Assembly (NCBI GenBank): GCA_031411295.1
Contig: JANOAV010000213.1
Coordinates: 1-47,185 of the forward strand
Direction: 5' to 3'
DNA: 47,185 nt
DNA from: Verrucomicrobiales bacterium
Lineage (GTDB): Bacteria > Verrucomicrobiota > Verrucomicrobiia > Verrucomicrobiales > V1-33
In this document: positions 8,189 to 18,336 of the stretch, piece after piece
Layout of the letters: every line of letters starts with the position of its first letter
Numbering within the stretch: the stretch's first letter is position 1
Made by a program: the position numbers and the translations under genes
The notes under the pieces: model-generated
Told to the model about the DNA's origin: nothing
Seen by the model: the letters and a program-made list of their open reading frames with translations, nothing else
Databases searched by the model: none

Positions 8189-10792
8189 ATGAAATTCCTG
8201 CCTCGACTTCTAGCCAGCTTGCTCCCCTGCTTTTTGCTGGTTCACTGCTCGAAGGGGATCGATCAATCAGCCAAACGCGCCCCGGCTCCAGCCAAACCGC
8301 TCCTGACCTGGGCTGAGTTGCTACCGAATAAACCGCCGCTGCCAGCAGGCGAGGCTGGCATGGACTTGGTCCTCTTGAGGGTTCCCATGGCGACTGCATC
8401 CGCAGCCCTGCTCCAGGATCAGGGCGGTATTTCGGGCGCAGAATCGCTGCTACAGGCGTTGCTGGCGGACGGTGCCATTAGCGTTGTTACAAAGGCGAGC
8501 GTGGCTGGGCCGGAGAAGCAGAAGTTGCAGTTTAAGGATGTAAAAGACTTTACCCACAGTGCGATATCATTTGTCTCATTTCAGTGGAGGATGGAACAAA
8601 CCGCTCGGGATGAGGGCTCGGCACCGCCCGACCAACGCGAGTTGGAAGATGGCAAGGTGACTACACCTATCGGCACCAAACTTGATGCTGTCCTGGAGCG
8701 GGATGGCGATCAACTTCAGGCTGAGCTTAATTTCGAATGGATGCCCGAGCCGCTGAAGCGCCCCTGCAACTCATGGCCAGTCAAAGCACCCGGCCATGAC
8801 TTCACGCCACTGTTCCAGCCATGGAACTTCAACATTCACTACTGTTTGTCCGACGGTATTTCCCTGCTCGCAGCTAATGCGGAGGCCCCTGGCCCCGATG
8901 GCGCCTTTCCTCACAGCGGCTTTATGTTGATGGCGTTCGGCAAAGCTAGATCAACGCCTAAAGCCCCGGTCGTCGATTTCACTGAGCCTCGAAAAATCCT
9001 CGTGCGCACATGGAGCTATGAAGTGCCGGCTGATAAAGGCGAGAAACTGCTGCGATCCAGAACTCGGGCGTCAAATGACCCCACGTTACACAAAATGCTC
9101 GCAGCCGATCCCGCCGCCACTCTCATTTCCTGCTCCGCCATCGCTTCAGCAGATTCAAAGCCCGTCCACACAACCCCAGGCAAGCCTACCGCCGCTGATC
9201 CATTCGGGACTTCAGACGAATACGATCATCGCAGTCTGAACTTCAGATCAGAAATTTATAGTGCTCTTCAGTTCGAGTTTCCATCGGAGTTTGAACCGAC
9301 GCGGAGCAAGGAATTTCGCGTCGTGTGCGATGCCTCGGCAACCTGCAAGCTACCACACGCCTTGGAAATTGACGGTGTGTTATCGGACACTGGCGTTGTC
9401 CTGGACCTGACTGTTTCCGTAGAACTTGCGGCCACTCCGCTTCGCTGGGTGCATTGGTATGGCTCGACACTTGGAGCCAAGGACGAGCCTGCGGGAGTGG
9501 AGACGCCTGTGTTTGCTAAGGACAACTACAACGCGAGCTTAGCGTTGGACCGCGGGGTTTCTCAGCTAGTTCGCGCCAGGATAATCGCAGGGAAACTACG
9601 GATGACCTTTATGGACTGGATCCGGCGTGACGAGCCGGAGAGTCGTCAGATTTCCCAAACCCTGCGCATTATAGAAACTCCTCTTCAGCCGTGGTTGGCG
9701 CGATTAGCTCAGGCTCGCAACCCTGCGTTACTAGCGGAACTGGAGGCGGCTTTAGATTCTGGCACCGCTCGCCTCCTTAAGTTCGAGTTAGTCCACACTA
9801 AATATGGCCAGCGGAGCAGCGGTGTCAGCGGGGAGGGCTATCTATTAAGTGAATCCTATCTCAATACCTCCATCCGCGGAGACCATTTGTTCTACAACCC
9901 TCGCTTCGTTAGTCCTCGCACTGCTGGCCTGAACGCACAAATTGATAGCAGTAGTTTGGGCTTCGGCCAGATCGAGTCAACGTCCATCTTGAATCTTAGT
10001 GAACCCGTGGGCACCCAACACTATGCGCTCTGGCTTCCCCACAGCCCGTTGCAGTCGCGCGAGACGTCTGGCATCGATCGTCCCATCATTCTCCGCACTG
10101 CGCTAAAAGTTTCCATGAGGCAAACAGATGGAGGTGATTATTTGCTGGGAACGTGCCTGGTGCCCGCCAGCACTTTTCGTAAGGAACCTACGTTGCGCTG
10201 GTTTATGATGCGGGGTAACGCATCACTCGCCAAAAGCGCCACGCCGAGGCCTGCTGAGAGTTTCATTGAGTTTAGCGTGATCAGCAGCGCTGACGCTGCC
10301 AACGACGCAATCGAAGCAATTCATCCAAACCCGTCGGGCGACTTGTTGGCCTACGGGGCTGTGCGCCAAACCGAAGATCGCTCCAGCTTGTCCTCCGGCC
10401 TTGCTTGGGACTCACCAGAACCGAGAAGCATGATTGGAAGTGATGACTCGTCCCACGATCCAACCACGGAAAAAATCCCGGAAGGAACCAAGTTTCAAGA
10501 TCAGGTTGAGCTAATCGCCACGCCCTGTGGTTTCACGGCCGATATTGAGCAAGGAAAATGGGCCGCCACCTATCAGTCCGACCCACGCTTCACGACCGAT
10601 ACGCTGAAGACTCACGATGAAACGCCGCGGAAAAATCCGGTGATGGAATCCAACATTCCCGTGTCCTGCGAACGAGCACTCTACGAACCGATCGCCACCG
10701 CGGGAGGATCGCTACCGCCGCTAGGCATGCAGATCACCACGCGTCTGGGCCAAGGTCGATTGCTCATTGTCCGCCATCATGCGGGAAGGTAA
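8189..10792 (+). CDS. Probable lipoprotein with tandem secretin-like beta-domains
   Basis: Signal peptide ending LLVH-C; recurring G-x-x-L-x-[VI]...P-x-F...L-x-DG-x-x-x-L-L-type patterns; FEFPSEFEP motif. Confidence 0.5.
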   Translation: MKFLPRLLASLLPCFLLVHCSKGIDQSAKRAPAPAKPLLTWAELLPNKPPLPAGEAGMDLVLLRVPMATASAALLQDQGGISGAESLLQALLADGAISVVTKASVAGPEKQKLQFKDVKDFTHSAISFVSFQWRMEQTARDEGSAPPDQRELEDGKVTTPIGTKLDAVLERDGDQLQAELNFEWMPEPLKRPCNSWPVKAPGHDFTPLFQPWNFNIHYCLSDGISLLAANAEAPGPDGAFPHSGFMLMAFGKARSTPKAPVVDFTEPRKILVRTWSYEVPADKGEKLLRSRTRASNDPTLHKMLAADPAATLISCSAIASADSKPVHTTPGKPTAADPFGTSDEYDHRSLNFRSEIYSALQFEFPSEFEPTRSKEFRVVCDASATCKLPHALEIDGVLSDTGVVLDLTVSVELAATPLRWVHWYGSTLGAKDEPAGVETPVFAKDNYNASLALDRGVSQLVRARIIAGKLRMTFMDWIRRDEPESRQISQTLRIIETPLQPWLARLAQARNPALLAELEAALDSGTARLLKFELVHTKYGQRSSGVSGEGYLLSESYLNTSIRGDHLFYNPRFVSPRTAGLNAQIDSSSLGFGQIESTSILNLSEPVGTQHYALWLPHSPLQSRETSGIDRPIILRTALKVSMRQTDGGDYLLGTCLVPASTFRKEPTLRWFMMRGNASLAKSATPRPAESFIEFSVISSADAANDAIEAIHPNPSGDLLAYGAVRQTEDRSSLSSGLAWDSPEPRSMIGSDDSSHDPTTEKIPEGTKFQDQVELIATPCGFTADIEQGKWAATYQSDPRFTTDTLKTHDETPRKNPVMESNIPVSCERALYEPIATAGGSLPPLGMQITTRLGQGRLLIVRHHAGR

Positions 10793-10920
10793 TGATCCCG
10801 GCAGATTCGATATCTACCGCATCGCCCATCCCTTAGGGTTTCGGGCTGGTGGGCTGCGGCGGATCCATGAACCGGGAAACACTATCCCCGGCAATGACGG
10901 CTGCTTTATGAGGTCGCTTC

Positions 10921-12870
10921 TCACTTCACCTGCCATTTCTCATCGAAGAAATTAGCGTCCACGATCTTCCCGGGCGTGCGGGAATTCGGGGCGGTGGTGA
11001 CGTCGATGATGGTCCAGTCGGGGAGCTTTGGAGTTTGGCGGGCGTTGTTGAGATAGTCGTATTCCCGGAAGGTGAAGCCGCTGTTCAGCACGATGTATTT
11101 GGCTGGGTTCTGTGGGTTCGGGTAAATGAGGATGGGCGCGTGGTTGGCGCTGGGGTAGGCTTTGTCCTTTACTTTCACGTCGGCGGCGGACCACTGGATG
11201 GGCAGTTTGGGGGCTAGATTGGTAATCACTTTGTTGCTGCTGGGATCGCCCCAGAGGATGAGGTTTTTCGATTTCACATCCTCGGCGGTGATGGCGGTGT
11301 CGTCTTTGATCGGCACATCACCCCGATACTGCTGACGCCATTGGGTCACGGCCCGATCCATTTCCGCCTTCACCCAGGCGCCCACGGCGGGATTCAGCGG
11401 TGTGCCGGTGGGGCGCACGAAAATGAAGGCGTCCATGAAGGCATCATCCACGGGGCCTTGGAGGTTGTGGACTTTGCGCAGGCCGGCGGGCTTGGCTTCG
11501 GGAGCTTCCCAGGTTTTGTCTAACATGGCGAAGGTCTGTGGGGACTTGAGCGCGATGGTCTGCCCATCGAGGGAAATGCCCTTGGTCGCGAACGGCATAT
11601 TCAGCGTGAGTTGGGTGATGTTTTTCGTGGTTAATTGATAAACACCATCGCTGCCTAACTTGGCTTCCACGCGGGCTTCTTCCCAATGCTCGCGGAGTGC
11701 TTCCACGCGCACCCAATCTGCTTGATCGTATTTCAAGGTGTAGGTCACGAACTTCAGCAGCTTGGGTTCGGCTTCCTTGGGCGCGGACTGCATTTCCTTA
11801 ACGATGCCGATGACTTCTTCCTTCGCTTTGGGTTCGTATTTGTGTCCCGTTTGCGGACCGATGATGTGTCGCAAGGTCAGCCCTTCCTTGGCCATGGCTG
11901 CTTCCATGAGATCGGCCGCTTGCTTTTGTTTGTCGATTTCCCCGCTGTAAGCCACGATGCGGGTGTTGTATAAATTTGCCGCATAGGTCGTGGAATCATA
12001 CCAGTTCCACAGCTTGCGTTCATACCACGCAGGCTGGAGCGTTTCGCCTTGGAACTTGTTCAGGAAAAGTTCAGTGTCGGAGAACCCGGCCCCCGGATTC
12101 ACGACCGTCCATTTACTAGCATGATGGGTCCCGATGTGCCAGCAAGCCGCCCCGCCCAGGGAAAATCCGCGTACGACGAGAGGACGCTTCGGTTGATTTC
12201 CCATATCCTTCTGAGCATCGGCCATGGCTTCGAAGAAATCAGTCTCCCCGGCAAAGCGCTGTCCATTGCAATACCGACCATAGGAATGCAACACGGTGGC
12301 ATCTGCGGGGCTGAATTCGCCCTGACTGTGGAGTCGCTGGGAAATGAAGTCCAGCTCGCTCAACGTTTCCCCACGGCCATGAAACCATGCGTGCAAGGCC
12401 CCGGCCGAGCGTCCAGCTTCAGGAATCACCAGGCCGTAAGGCTGCACGCTGTTATCGATTTTCGACCGATACCCCTGCACCACCAACCCTTTCGCAGAGC
12501 GCCATGGAGCCGTGCCTTTGCCCAGCGCCTCGGCCCGGGTGAATCCTTCTTTCAGGAGTTCCTTGGCGACATCCACCTGCTTGGGATTGAAGAACTCGTC
12601 ATAGCGCAGAGCCCAGTCCACGGCCTTGTGGAAAATGAGCACGTCCGGCAGCAACTCACGTTTGCACTGCGGGGATTTGGCGGCCTCCCCGATGGCCTTG
12701 CCGAGCTTCTCGACTTCGGCGGTCAGAGCCGCGCGTTGATCGTCCGGCACCGGGACGCCGGCTGGCGGAATTCGTCGCACGGATTCGGCCTTGTTATCGG
12801 AGGGCCCATCAGCGAGGGCGAAGAAGGGCAGAGAGAGAAACGTGAGCGCAAGAAAAGAAGAGCGATGCAT
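10921..12870 (-). CDS. Secreted alpha/beta hydrolase (prolyl oligopeptidase-family-like)
   Basis: Start at MHRSSFLALTFLSLPFFALA signal peptide; WFHGRG, GFSLGG nucleophile and TGH catalytic His region. Confidence 0.8.
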   Translation of the reverse strand: MHRSSFLALTFLSLPFFALADGPSDNKAESVRRIPPAGVPVPDDQRAALTAEVEKLGKAIGEAAKSPQCKRELLPDVLIFHKAVDWALRYDEFFNPKQVDVAKELLKEGFTRAEALGKGTAPWRSAKGLVVQGYRSKIDNSVQPYGLVIPEAGRSAGALHAWFHGRGETLSELDFISQRLHSQGEFSPADATVLHSYGRYCNGQRFAGETDFFEAMADAQKDMGNQPKRPLVVRGFSLGGAACWHIGTHHASKWTVVNPGAGFSDTELFLNKFQGETLQPAWYERKLWNWYDSTTYAANLYNTRIVAYSGEIDKQKQAADLMEAAMAKEGLTLRHIIGPQTGHKYEPKAKEEVIGIVKEMQSAPKEAEPKLLKFVTYTLKYDQADWVRVEALREHWEEARVEAKLGSDGVYQLTTKNITQLTLNMPFATKGISLDGQTIALKSPQTFAMLDKTWEAPEAKPAGLRKVHNLQGPVDDAFMDAFIFVRPTGTPLNPAVGAWVKAEMDRAVTQWRQQYRGDVPIKDDTAITAEDVKSKNLILWGDPSSNKVITNLAPKLPIQWSAADVKVKDKAYPSANHAPILIYPNPQNPAKYIVLNSGFTFREYDYLNNARQTPKLPDWTIIDVTTAPNSRTPGKIVDANFFDEKWQVK

Positions 12871-12946
12871 AGAACCCAAGTGCAACCGCTGGAGTGAGCT
12901 TTGCCAAGAGCAAAGTCGCGGTTCCGCGTGGGGTATTCGCGTAGTC

Positions 12947-13768
12947 CTACCGCACTGGCTGGGTGTAATACGGCTGTTGGGGAGGTGGCGCCTGGCCTTG
13001 CCCAGTGAGTTTATCGAACCATCCCCGGATGGTGTGACCCGCGTTATCCAAGCCACCGCGTGCATTGTCCAACAGGCCCGTGCGCGCACGGGGCTGCGGT
13101 TGTGGCTGCATCTGTGGGGCGGGCAGGTTGGGGTTGTAATACTGGGTCTGACCAGGTTGCGGTTGCTGGGGAGGAGGAGGCATTTGCGGCCCTTGCGCTG
13201 CACCTTTCTTCTTGCCCTTCGTTCTCGGTAACTCCGGGGCTGGGGCGTCCTGCGGCACGTAGAAATTCTTCGTGAGCACGCCGCCGGTTTCCGCAGAAAT
13301 GGACACTTCCGCCACTTTCTGCTCCTGAGCATTAACCAAGGTGATAAACCATACCGGACGGTCGGACAATTCGGTGCACCGCATTTCCAAGTTGGCGTAG
13401 TCGAACCCGCGTTTGGCTACCTTGGCGGCTTTATCCGCCGCCATGAAGGCCGTGGTCGAATCAATCTTCCATCGTTTGGCGGAAATGGGTTTTCCGACTC
13501 CAAACCCCGGCACTGCCCGCACTCCGGCGTAGCGGGTGCCATTGACTCGATGCTCTTGGAAAAAGCCCGCCTCATCTCTGGTGATAAACAACCAAGACTG
13601 CGGTTGGTCCTGGCCATGGGGACCGAAAACATACACCAAGCGGGAGACGACGGAAGGGCTGGTAGCCTTACTCCATAAGCGCTGGGCCGTTTTCGCACTG
13701 CTCCCACCGGCCGCCTGGCCCGAGGCAAGGAAGCAGACTAAGCAGAGTAAGACAAGAATGGATTTCAT
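12947..13768 (-). CDS. Secreted hypothetical protein with a PepSY-like segment and P/Q-rich tail
   Basis: Signal peptide; KIDSTTAF...PVW...VSISAETGGVL is PepSY-like; low-complexity Pro/Gln C-terminus. Confidence 0.6.
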   Translation of the reverse strand: MKSILVLLCLVCFLASGQAAGGSSAKTAQRLWSKATSPSVVSRLVYVFGPHGQDQPQSWLFITRDEAGFFQEHRVNGTRYAGVRAVPGFGVGKPISAKRWKIDSTTAFMAADKAAKVAKRGFDYANLEMRCTELSDRPVWFITLVNAQEQKVAEVSISAETGGVLTKNFYVPQDAPAPELPRTKGKKKGAAQGPQMPPPPQQPQPGQTQYYNPNLPAPQMQPQPQPRARTGLLDNARGGLDNAGHTIRGWFDKLTGQGQAPPPQQPYYTQPVR

Positions 13769-13989
13769 AGTGGTGGGAGAGAGGGGACAACGGAAGCGGG
13801 GGAGGGGAGGGGAGCATCTGCGTCGCTAAAGTTACGCAGAAATTTACTGTTTAGGTTACTTAATTCGCTGGCGCGAGCAACCAGAATTCTTGAGACGAAA
13901 ACGCCGGGGTCTGCGTGAATGTGCTAGTGGAGAAATTGTGCTTTACAGAATTGAAGGAAACATCATGAATAACGCTCATTTTTAATTCC

Positions 13990-15246
13990 ATGTTCACAAA
14001 TACAATTCATACTACTATCCTTGCGGAGATCAACTCCGGAGACACCGCCTGGCTTATCGTTTCCGCCGCGCTGGTGCTGTTCATGATGATGCCCGGCCTG
14101 GCATTGTTCTATGCCGGACTAGTTAGGAAACAGAACACGCTGTCGATCTTCATGCAGTGCTTCGCGCTGACTTGTGTGCTCAGTGTGGTGTGGCTGGTCT
14201 GTGGCTACAGCCTGAGTTTTACCCCCGGCAATGCCCTCATTGGGGGCTTGGGCAAAGTCTTCCTTAACGGAGTGGATCCAAGTTCAGTGCATGATCTGGC
14301 CAAGACGGTGCCGGAATTCAGTTTCTTTACCTTCCAGATGATGTTCTTCCTAATTACACCGGGATTGTTCATCGGGGCCTTTGCGGAACGGATGAAGTTC
14401 AGTGCCATCATGGTGTTCAGCGTGCTCTGGAGCTTGTTGGTGTATGTTCCCGTCTGCTATGGAGTCTGGGGCAAGGCGGGAATTTTTTTTGGTCTCACCG
14501 GTGTCATTGATTTGGCAGGCGGCATCGTGGTGCACATCACAGCGGGGGTGGCGGCCTTGGTCGCTTGCATCATGGTTGGTCCGCGCAAGGGATTCCCGCA
14601 CACACCAATGTTGCCGCATAATTTGCCGTTCACGGTGGCCGGAGCGGCCATGCTCTGGGTGGGATGGTTTGGATTTAACGGCGGCAGTCAGTTTGCTGCC
14701 AATGGAAATGCTGCGCTCACCATTTTGGTAACTCATCTTTCCGCCTGCGCAGCGGCCATTGTGTGGTCGATGATTGAATGGATCAAACTCGGCAAGCCCA
14801 GCGTGCTCGGAATCGCGACTGGTTCCATAGCCGGCTTGGCTGCCATTACGCCAGCTTCGGGCATGGTCGGCCCCATCGGAGCCTTGGTCATCGGCACCAC
14901 CTCTGCGATCGTTTGCTGGCTGGCCTGTGCCAAGTTGAAACAAAAACTGCGCTACGACGATTCGCTCGACGTCTTTGGGGTGCACGGAGTCGGCGGCTTT
15001 ATCGGCACCATTCTCGTGGCCGTCTTCGGCAGCAAATCCTTCGCTGGCGGCCAGGGAGATTTTGCTATTGGCAGTCAATTACTAACACAATTACTGGCCG
15101 CTCTCTACACGATTGTGCTCTCAGGAGCAGTGAGTTATCTGCTGCTGAAGATCATCGGCAAAACCATCGGCCTCCGCGTTACCGAGAGCGAGGAATCCCA
15201 AGGGATCGACTTGGCGGAACATGGCGAAAATGCCTACAACGATTAA
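13990..15246 (+). CDS. amtB: Ammonium transporter (Amt family)
   Basis: NSGDTAW, PGLALFYAG, FQMMF, DLAGGIVVH, WVGWFGFNGGS, DDSLDVFGVHG and EHGENAY motifs. Confidence 0.97.
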   Translation: MFTNTIHTTILAEINSGDTAWLIVSAALVLFMMMPGLALFYAGLVRKQNTLSIFMQCFALTCVLSVVWLVCGYSLSFTPGNALIGGLGKVFLNGVDPSSVHDLAKTVPEFSFFTFQMMFFLITPGLFIGAFAERMKFSAIMVFSVLWSLLVYVPVCYGVWGKAGIFFGLTGVIDLAGGIVVHITAGVAALVACIMVGPRKGFPHTPMLPHNLPFTVAGAAMLWVGWFGFNGGSQFAANGNAALTILVTHLSACAAAIVWSMIEWIKLGKPSVLGIATGSIAGLAAITPASGMVGPIGALVIGTTSAIVCWLACAKLKQKLRYDDSLDVFGVHGVGGFIGTILVAVFGSKSFAGGQGDFAIGSQLLTQLLAALYTIVLSGAVSYLLLKIIGKTIGLRVTESEESQGIDLAEHGENAYND

Positions 15247-15278
15247 GACCATTTCCACAAAGGAACAGGTAGAATGTG

Positions 15279-15299
15279 GAGCAGTCCGCTGGACTGCTC
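15279..15299. repeat. Palindromic REP-like or terminator hairpin
   Basis: GAGCAGTCC-GCT-GGACTGCTC is a perfect 9-bp stem between convergent genes. Confidence 0.5.
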
Positions 15300-15409
15300 A
15301 ATGCTCCCCGATTAGCCCAGTGGGGCTGATCCGCATTCGTCGCTGGGCACTGACTCCTAGTTATAAATTCAGCGGGGGCTCTTCAGTCTCATGAGGCCGA
15401 TTAGGCGGA

Positions 15410-15685
15410 CTATGCTTGGGGAGGTTTGCGACTTGCTACCCACCATTGTTTGATCGCGTCCGCCACCCCGCTGAATCGCCCCTGGCCGAGATAGCGCTCC
15501 AACACATAAAACAGATAGTAGTAAAATCGGCAGAACGCCCAGATGGTAACCGCCAGTAGGCCTGCGGTCCGCAGGGTGGGATGCTCCAGCCAGATAAACG
15601 CTCCGGCCATTAGGCCCAGGATAAGGAATAACGCCCCCTTGGCATGGATCAGCCAGGGGCTTTTGATATCGTCGGTAAGTTTCAT
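15410..15685 (-). CDS. Small membrane protein
   Basis: 91 aa with two hydrophobic helices and a WAFCRFYYYLFYVLERY segment. Confidence 0.75.
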   Translation of the reverse strand: MKLTDDIKSPWLIHAKGALFLILGLMAGAFIWLEHPTLRTAGLLAVTIWAFCRFYYYLFYVLERYLGQGRFSGVADAIKQWWVASRKPPQA

Positions 15686-15837
15686 GAAAGTGTGGGATGA
15701 GTCCCATGTCTATCAGAAGACTATGTCCGTCTGCAAGAAAAGATGGTGTCCATGCGGCGGGCGCAGGTGTATGGTTCGCTGGCAGCGCTGAGATTTCGCG
15801 CTTGAAGGAGGCCGCCTTGGCGTGTAATAAAGCAATC

Positions 15838-16695
15838 ATGACGCCCTCACCGATGCTGGAATCCCTGCTTAACGCGCCTGATCTGCCGGAAATACTCCAG
15901 CAGGCAGAGCGGGCGTGGGCCGATGAGCAGGCGAGACGGGCTAAATTTCTCAATGACATTACGCCGGAGCACAAGTGGGAGTTCATTAACGGAGAAGTCA
16001 TCATGCACTCCCCCGCCTTGCAGCGGCATCTGGTGGCGACGGGAAATCTCTATCAAATCCTCTTCGTCTATGCCAAGAATCAACATTGCGGCAGTGTGTT
16101 CGTGGAGAAGGCGATGACGTCCTTTCCGCGCAACGATTACGAGCCGGATGTCATTTTCTTTGGTCCGGCCAAGTCAGCGTGCATTCTGCCGGATACACTT
16201 CGCTTTCCCGTTCCTGACTTGATTGTCGAGGTGCTCTCCCCCAGCACGGAAAAACGGGATCGGGGTGTGAAATTTAGCGATTATGCACTGCATGGGGTCT
16301 CCGAATATTGGATCGTGGATACAGTGGCAGAAATGGTTGAGTTATACAAATTAGACGCCAACACCCAGACTTACGCCCCGGCTGAGCTGATTGCTTCCGG
16401 TTATATCGAGAGCACCACTATCGTCGGACTGAAGATCCCAGTGGCTGCCGTGTTCGACGAGGATGTTACGATGGAGGTCCTCCGAAGCATGAATGTGGAT
16501 GAAGGTGCCATGCTAGAACTCCGAACCGCCCTCCAGGATGAAGCCCTGCGCAGAGAGAAGGCGGAGCGTGCATTGCAGACAGCAGAGCAGGCATTGCAAA
16601 CAGCAGAGCAGGCGCTGGCTCAGGAACGGGGTTCACGTGAGGTTGCGGAAAGGGAAATTTCCATCCTGAAGCAGCGACTCCAGACCCCGGAATGA
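15838..16695 (+). CDS. Uma2 family PD-(D/E)XK endonuclease with C-terminal coiled-coil
   Basis: WEFINGEVIMHSP, EPDVIF, PDLIVEVLSPSTEKRDRGVKFSDY and GVSEYWIVD motifs. Confidence 0.92.
   Translation: MTPSPMLESLLNAPDLPEILQQAERAWADEQARRAKFLNDITPEHKWEFINGEVIMHSPALQRHLVATGNLYQILFVYAKNQHCGSVFVEKAMTSFPRNDYEPDVIFFGPAKSACILPDTLRFPVPDLIVEVLSPSTEKRDRGVKFSDYALHGVSEYWIVDTVAEMVELYKLDANTQTYAPAELIASGYIESTTIVGLKIPVAAVFDEDVTMEVLRSMNVDEGAMLELRTALQDEALRREKAERALQTAEQALQTAEQALAQERGSREVAEREISILKQRLQTPE
16561..16623 (+). repeat. Three imperfect 21-bp tandem repeats (heptad AE[RQ]AL[QA][TQ])
   Basis: gcggagcgtgcattgcagaca / gcagagcaggcattgcaaaca / gcagagcaggcgctggctcag. Confidence 0.85.
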
Positions 16696-16831
16696 GGGGG
16701 CTTGCAAAGTGGGATGTCTGGAGCGGAGGACGGGTGCGCGGGTCGTCGCATTGAATGCCCCGCTTAGTAGCGTAACATTCCAGTGCCGGGTGGCACCCCA
16801 CAGCGTTTCGGATTCCAAAATCGAAGTCCCG

Positions 16832-18319
16832 CTACTCTTTGTTCTTCAGCTGAGGGAAGAGCACGACATCACGGATGCTTTCCGCTCCTGTTAGCATCAT
16901 AATGAGACGATCGATCCCGATGCCGATGCCGCCGGCTGGGGGCATGCCGTGTTCCAAGGCGAGCAGGAACTCTTCATCGATATTCTGGACTTCCTCGCCC
17001 GCTTGATGGGAGAGGCGTTCGCGCTGGACGATGGGGTCGTTGAGCTCGGAATAGCCAGGTGAGATTTCCTGACCGTTGATGACGAGTTCGTAAACATCCA
17101 CCACGCTGGGATCGGCCACATTTTGTTTGGCCAGCGGCACCAGTTCTTTCGGCACATGGGTTACGAAGCAGGGATCGAAGGTCTTCTCCTCGATGAGCTT
17201 TTCAAATACTTGCTGAGTGACTTCATAGTCCTCCATGTTAGCGGAAATTTCCACACCCAATTCCGGGCACCGCGCGCGTCGTTGCTCATCGGTGTAATTG
17301 AACCATTCTGGATCCACGCCACGAATCAGATCACGATACGACGCACGACGCCATGGGCGAGCGAGATTGATGGTGCGGGTGACTTCGCCAGCCTCGTTCT
17401 TGTGGTCGATCTGCAAGGTGCCGATGAATTTTTCCGCCAAGTGGCAGGTCATTTCCTCCACCAAGTCCGCCATGATGGAGAAATCTGCGAAGGCCCAGTA
17501 GGCTTCCAGCATGGTGAACTCTGGATTGTGGCGGCGGGAGATACCTTCGTTGCGGAAATTGCGGTTCAGTTCGAAAACCTTAGTGAACCCACCGGCCAGC
17601 AGGCGCTTCAAATAAAGCTCTGGGGCGATGCGGAGATAGAAATTCTGCGCCAGCGCATTGTGATAGGTCACGAACGGACGCGCGGCGGCTCCACCAGCCA
17701 CACCTTGTAACATGGGGGTTTCGACTTCCAGAAAATCCCGCGCATGCAGGAAATTGCGGATCTCTGCCACCATCTTGCTGCGCAGGACGAAAATTTCCCT
17801 ACTGCGGGCATTGGACATCAAGTCCAGGTAGCGCTGGCGATACTTGATCTCACGATCCGACACCCCGTGCCACTTGTCCGGCATGGGACGCAGCGTCTTG
17901 GTGAGCACCGTGATGGTAAGAATCTTGATGGACGGCTCCCCAGTTTTGGTGATGAACGTTTCTCCAGTTACGCCCACCCAGTCTCCTAAATCCAAGCATT
18001 GGTTGAAGAGATCGCACACTTCCTGCGGGGCCACCTTGGCATTGAGGAAGCATTGGATCCGCCCGTGGATATCGGAGATGTCGAAGAACTGGGTCTTGCC
18101 CATGTCCCGCCAGGCGGAAATGCGCCCGGCCACGCTGACTTGCAGGCCTTCAGAGAAATTGTTAAACAACTCCGCTGGGGAATGGGTGGTGGTGTAGGTG
18201 CCGCCGTAGGCGTTGATGCCACGGTCCTGCAAGTCCTTGAGCTTGTCTCGACGGACGCGGAGGAGTTCGCTTTGTTCGGCGGCAGTGGGGGCGGAGGTAA
18301 CGGGTGTTTCGGAGTTCAT
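16832..18319 (-). CDS. lysS: Lysine--tRNA ligase (class II)
   Basis: YRQRYLDL, FLEVETPML, YLRIAPELYLKRL, FRNEG, HNPEFTMLE, GMPPAGGIGIGIDRL. Confidence 0.99.
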   Translation of the reverse strand: MNSETPVTSAPTAAEQSELLRVRRDKLKDLQDRGINAYGGTYTTTHSPAELFNNFSEGLQVSVAGRISAWRDMGKTQFFDISDIHGRIQCFLNAKVAPQEVCDLFNQCLDLGDWVGVTGETFITKTGEPSIKILTITVLTKTLRPMPDKWHGVSDREIKYRQRYLDLMSNARSREIFVLRSKMVAEIRNFLHARDFLEVETPMLQGVAGGAAARPFVTYHNALAQNFYLRIAPELYLKRLLAGGFTKVFELNRNFRNEGISRRHNPEFTMLEAYWAFADFSIMADLVEEMTCHLAEKFIGTLQIDHKNEAGEVTRTINLARPWRRASYRDLIRGVDPEWFNYTDEQRRARCPELGVEISANMEDYEVTQQVFEKLIEEKTFDPCFVTHVPKELVPLAKQNVADPSVVDVYELVINGQEISPGYSELNDPIVQRERLSHQAGEEVQNIDEEFLLALEHGMPPAGGIGIGIDRLIMMLTGAESIRDVVLFPQLKNKE

Positions 18320-18336
18320 GGCTCGGGGCGTCTAGG

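Noticed and set aside
12871..13332. N-terminal extension of the 803-aa track ORF, and similar extensions at 6581, 15697, 19332, 35894, 35929, 40143 and 46955
   Set aside because: The extensions overlap neighbouring genes or promoter regions and precede clear signal peptides or family N-termini, so starts were trimmed.
13860..13890. Sigma-54 promoter for amtB (TGGCGC)
   Set aside because: No GC/TTGC element at the required -12 spacing.
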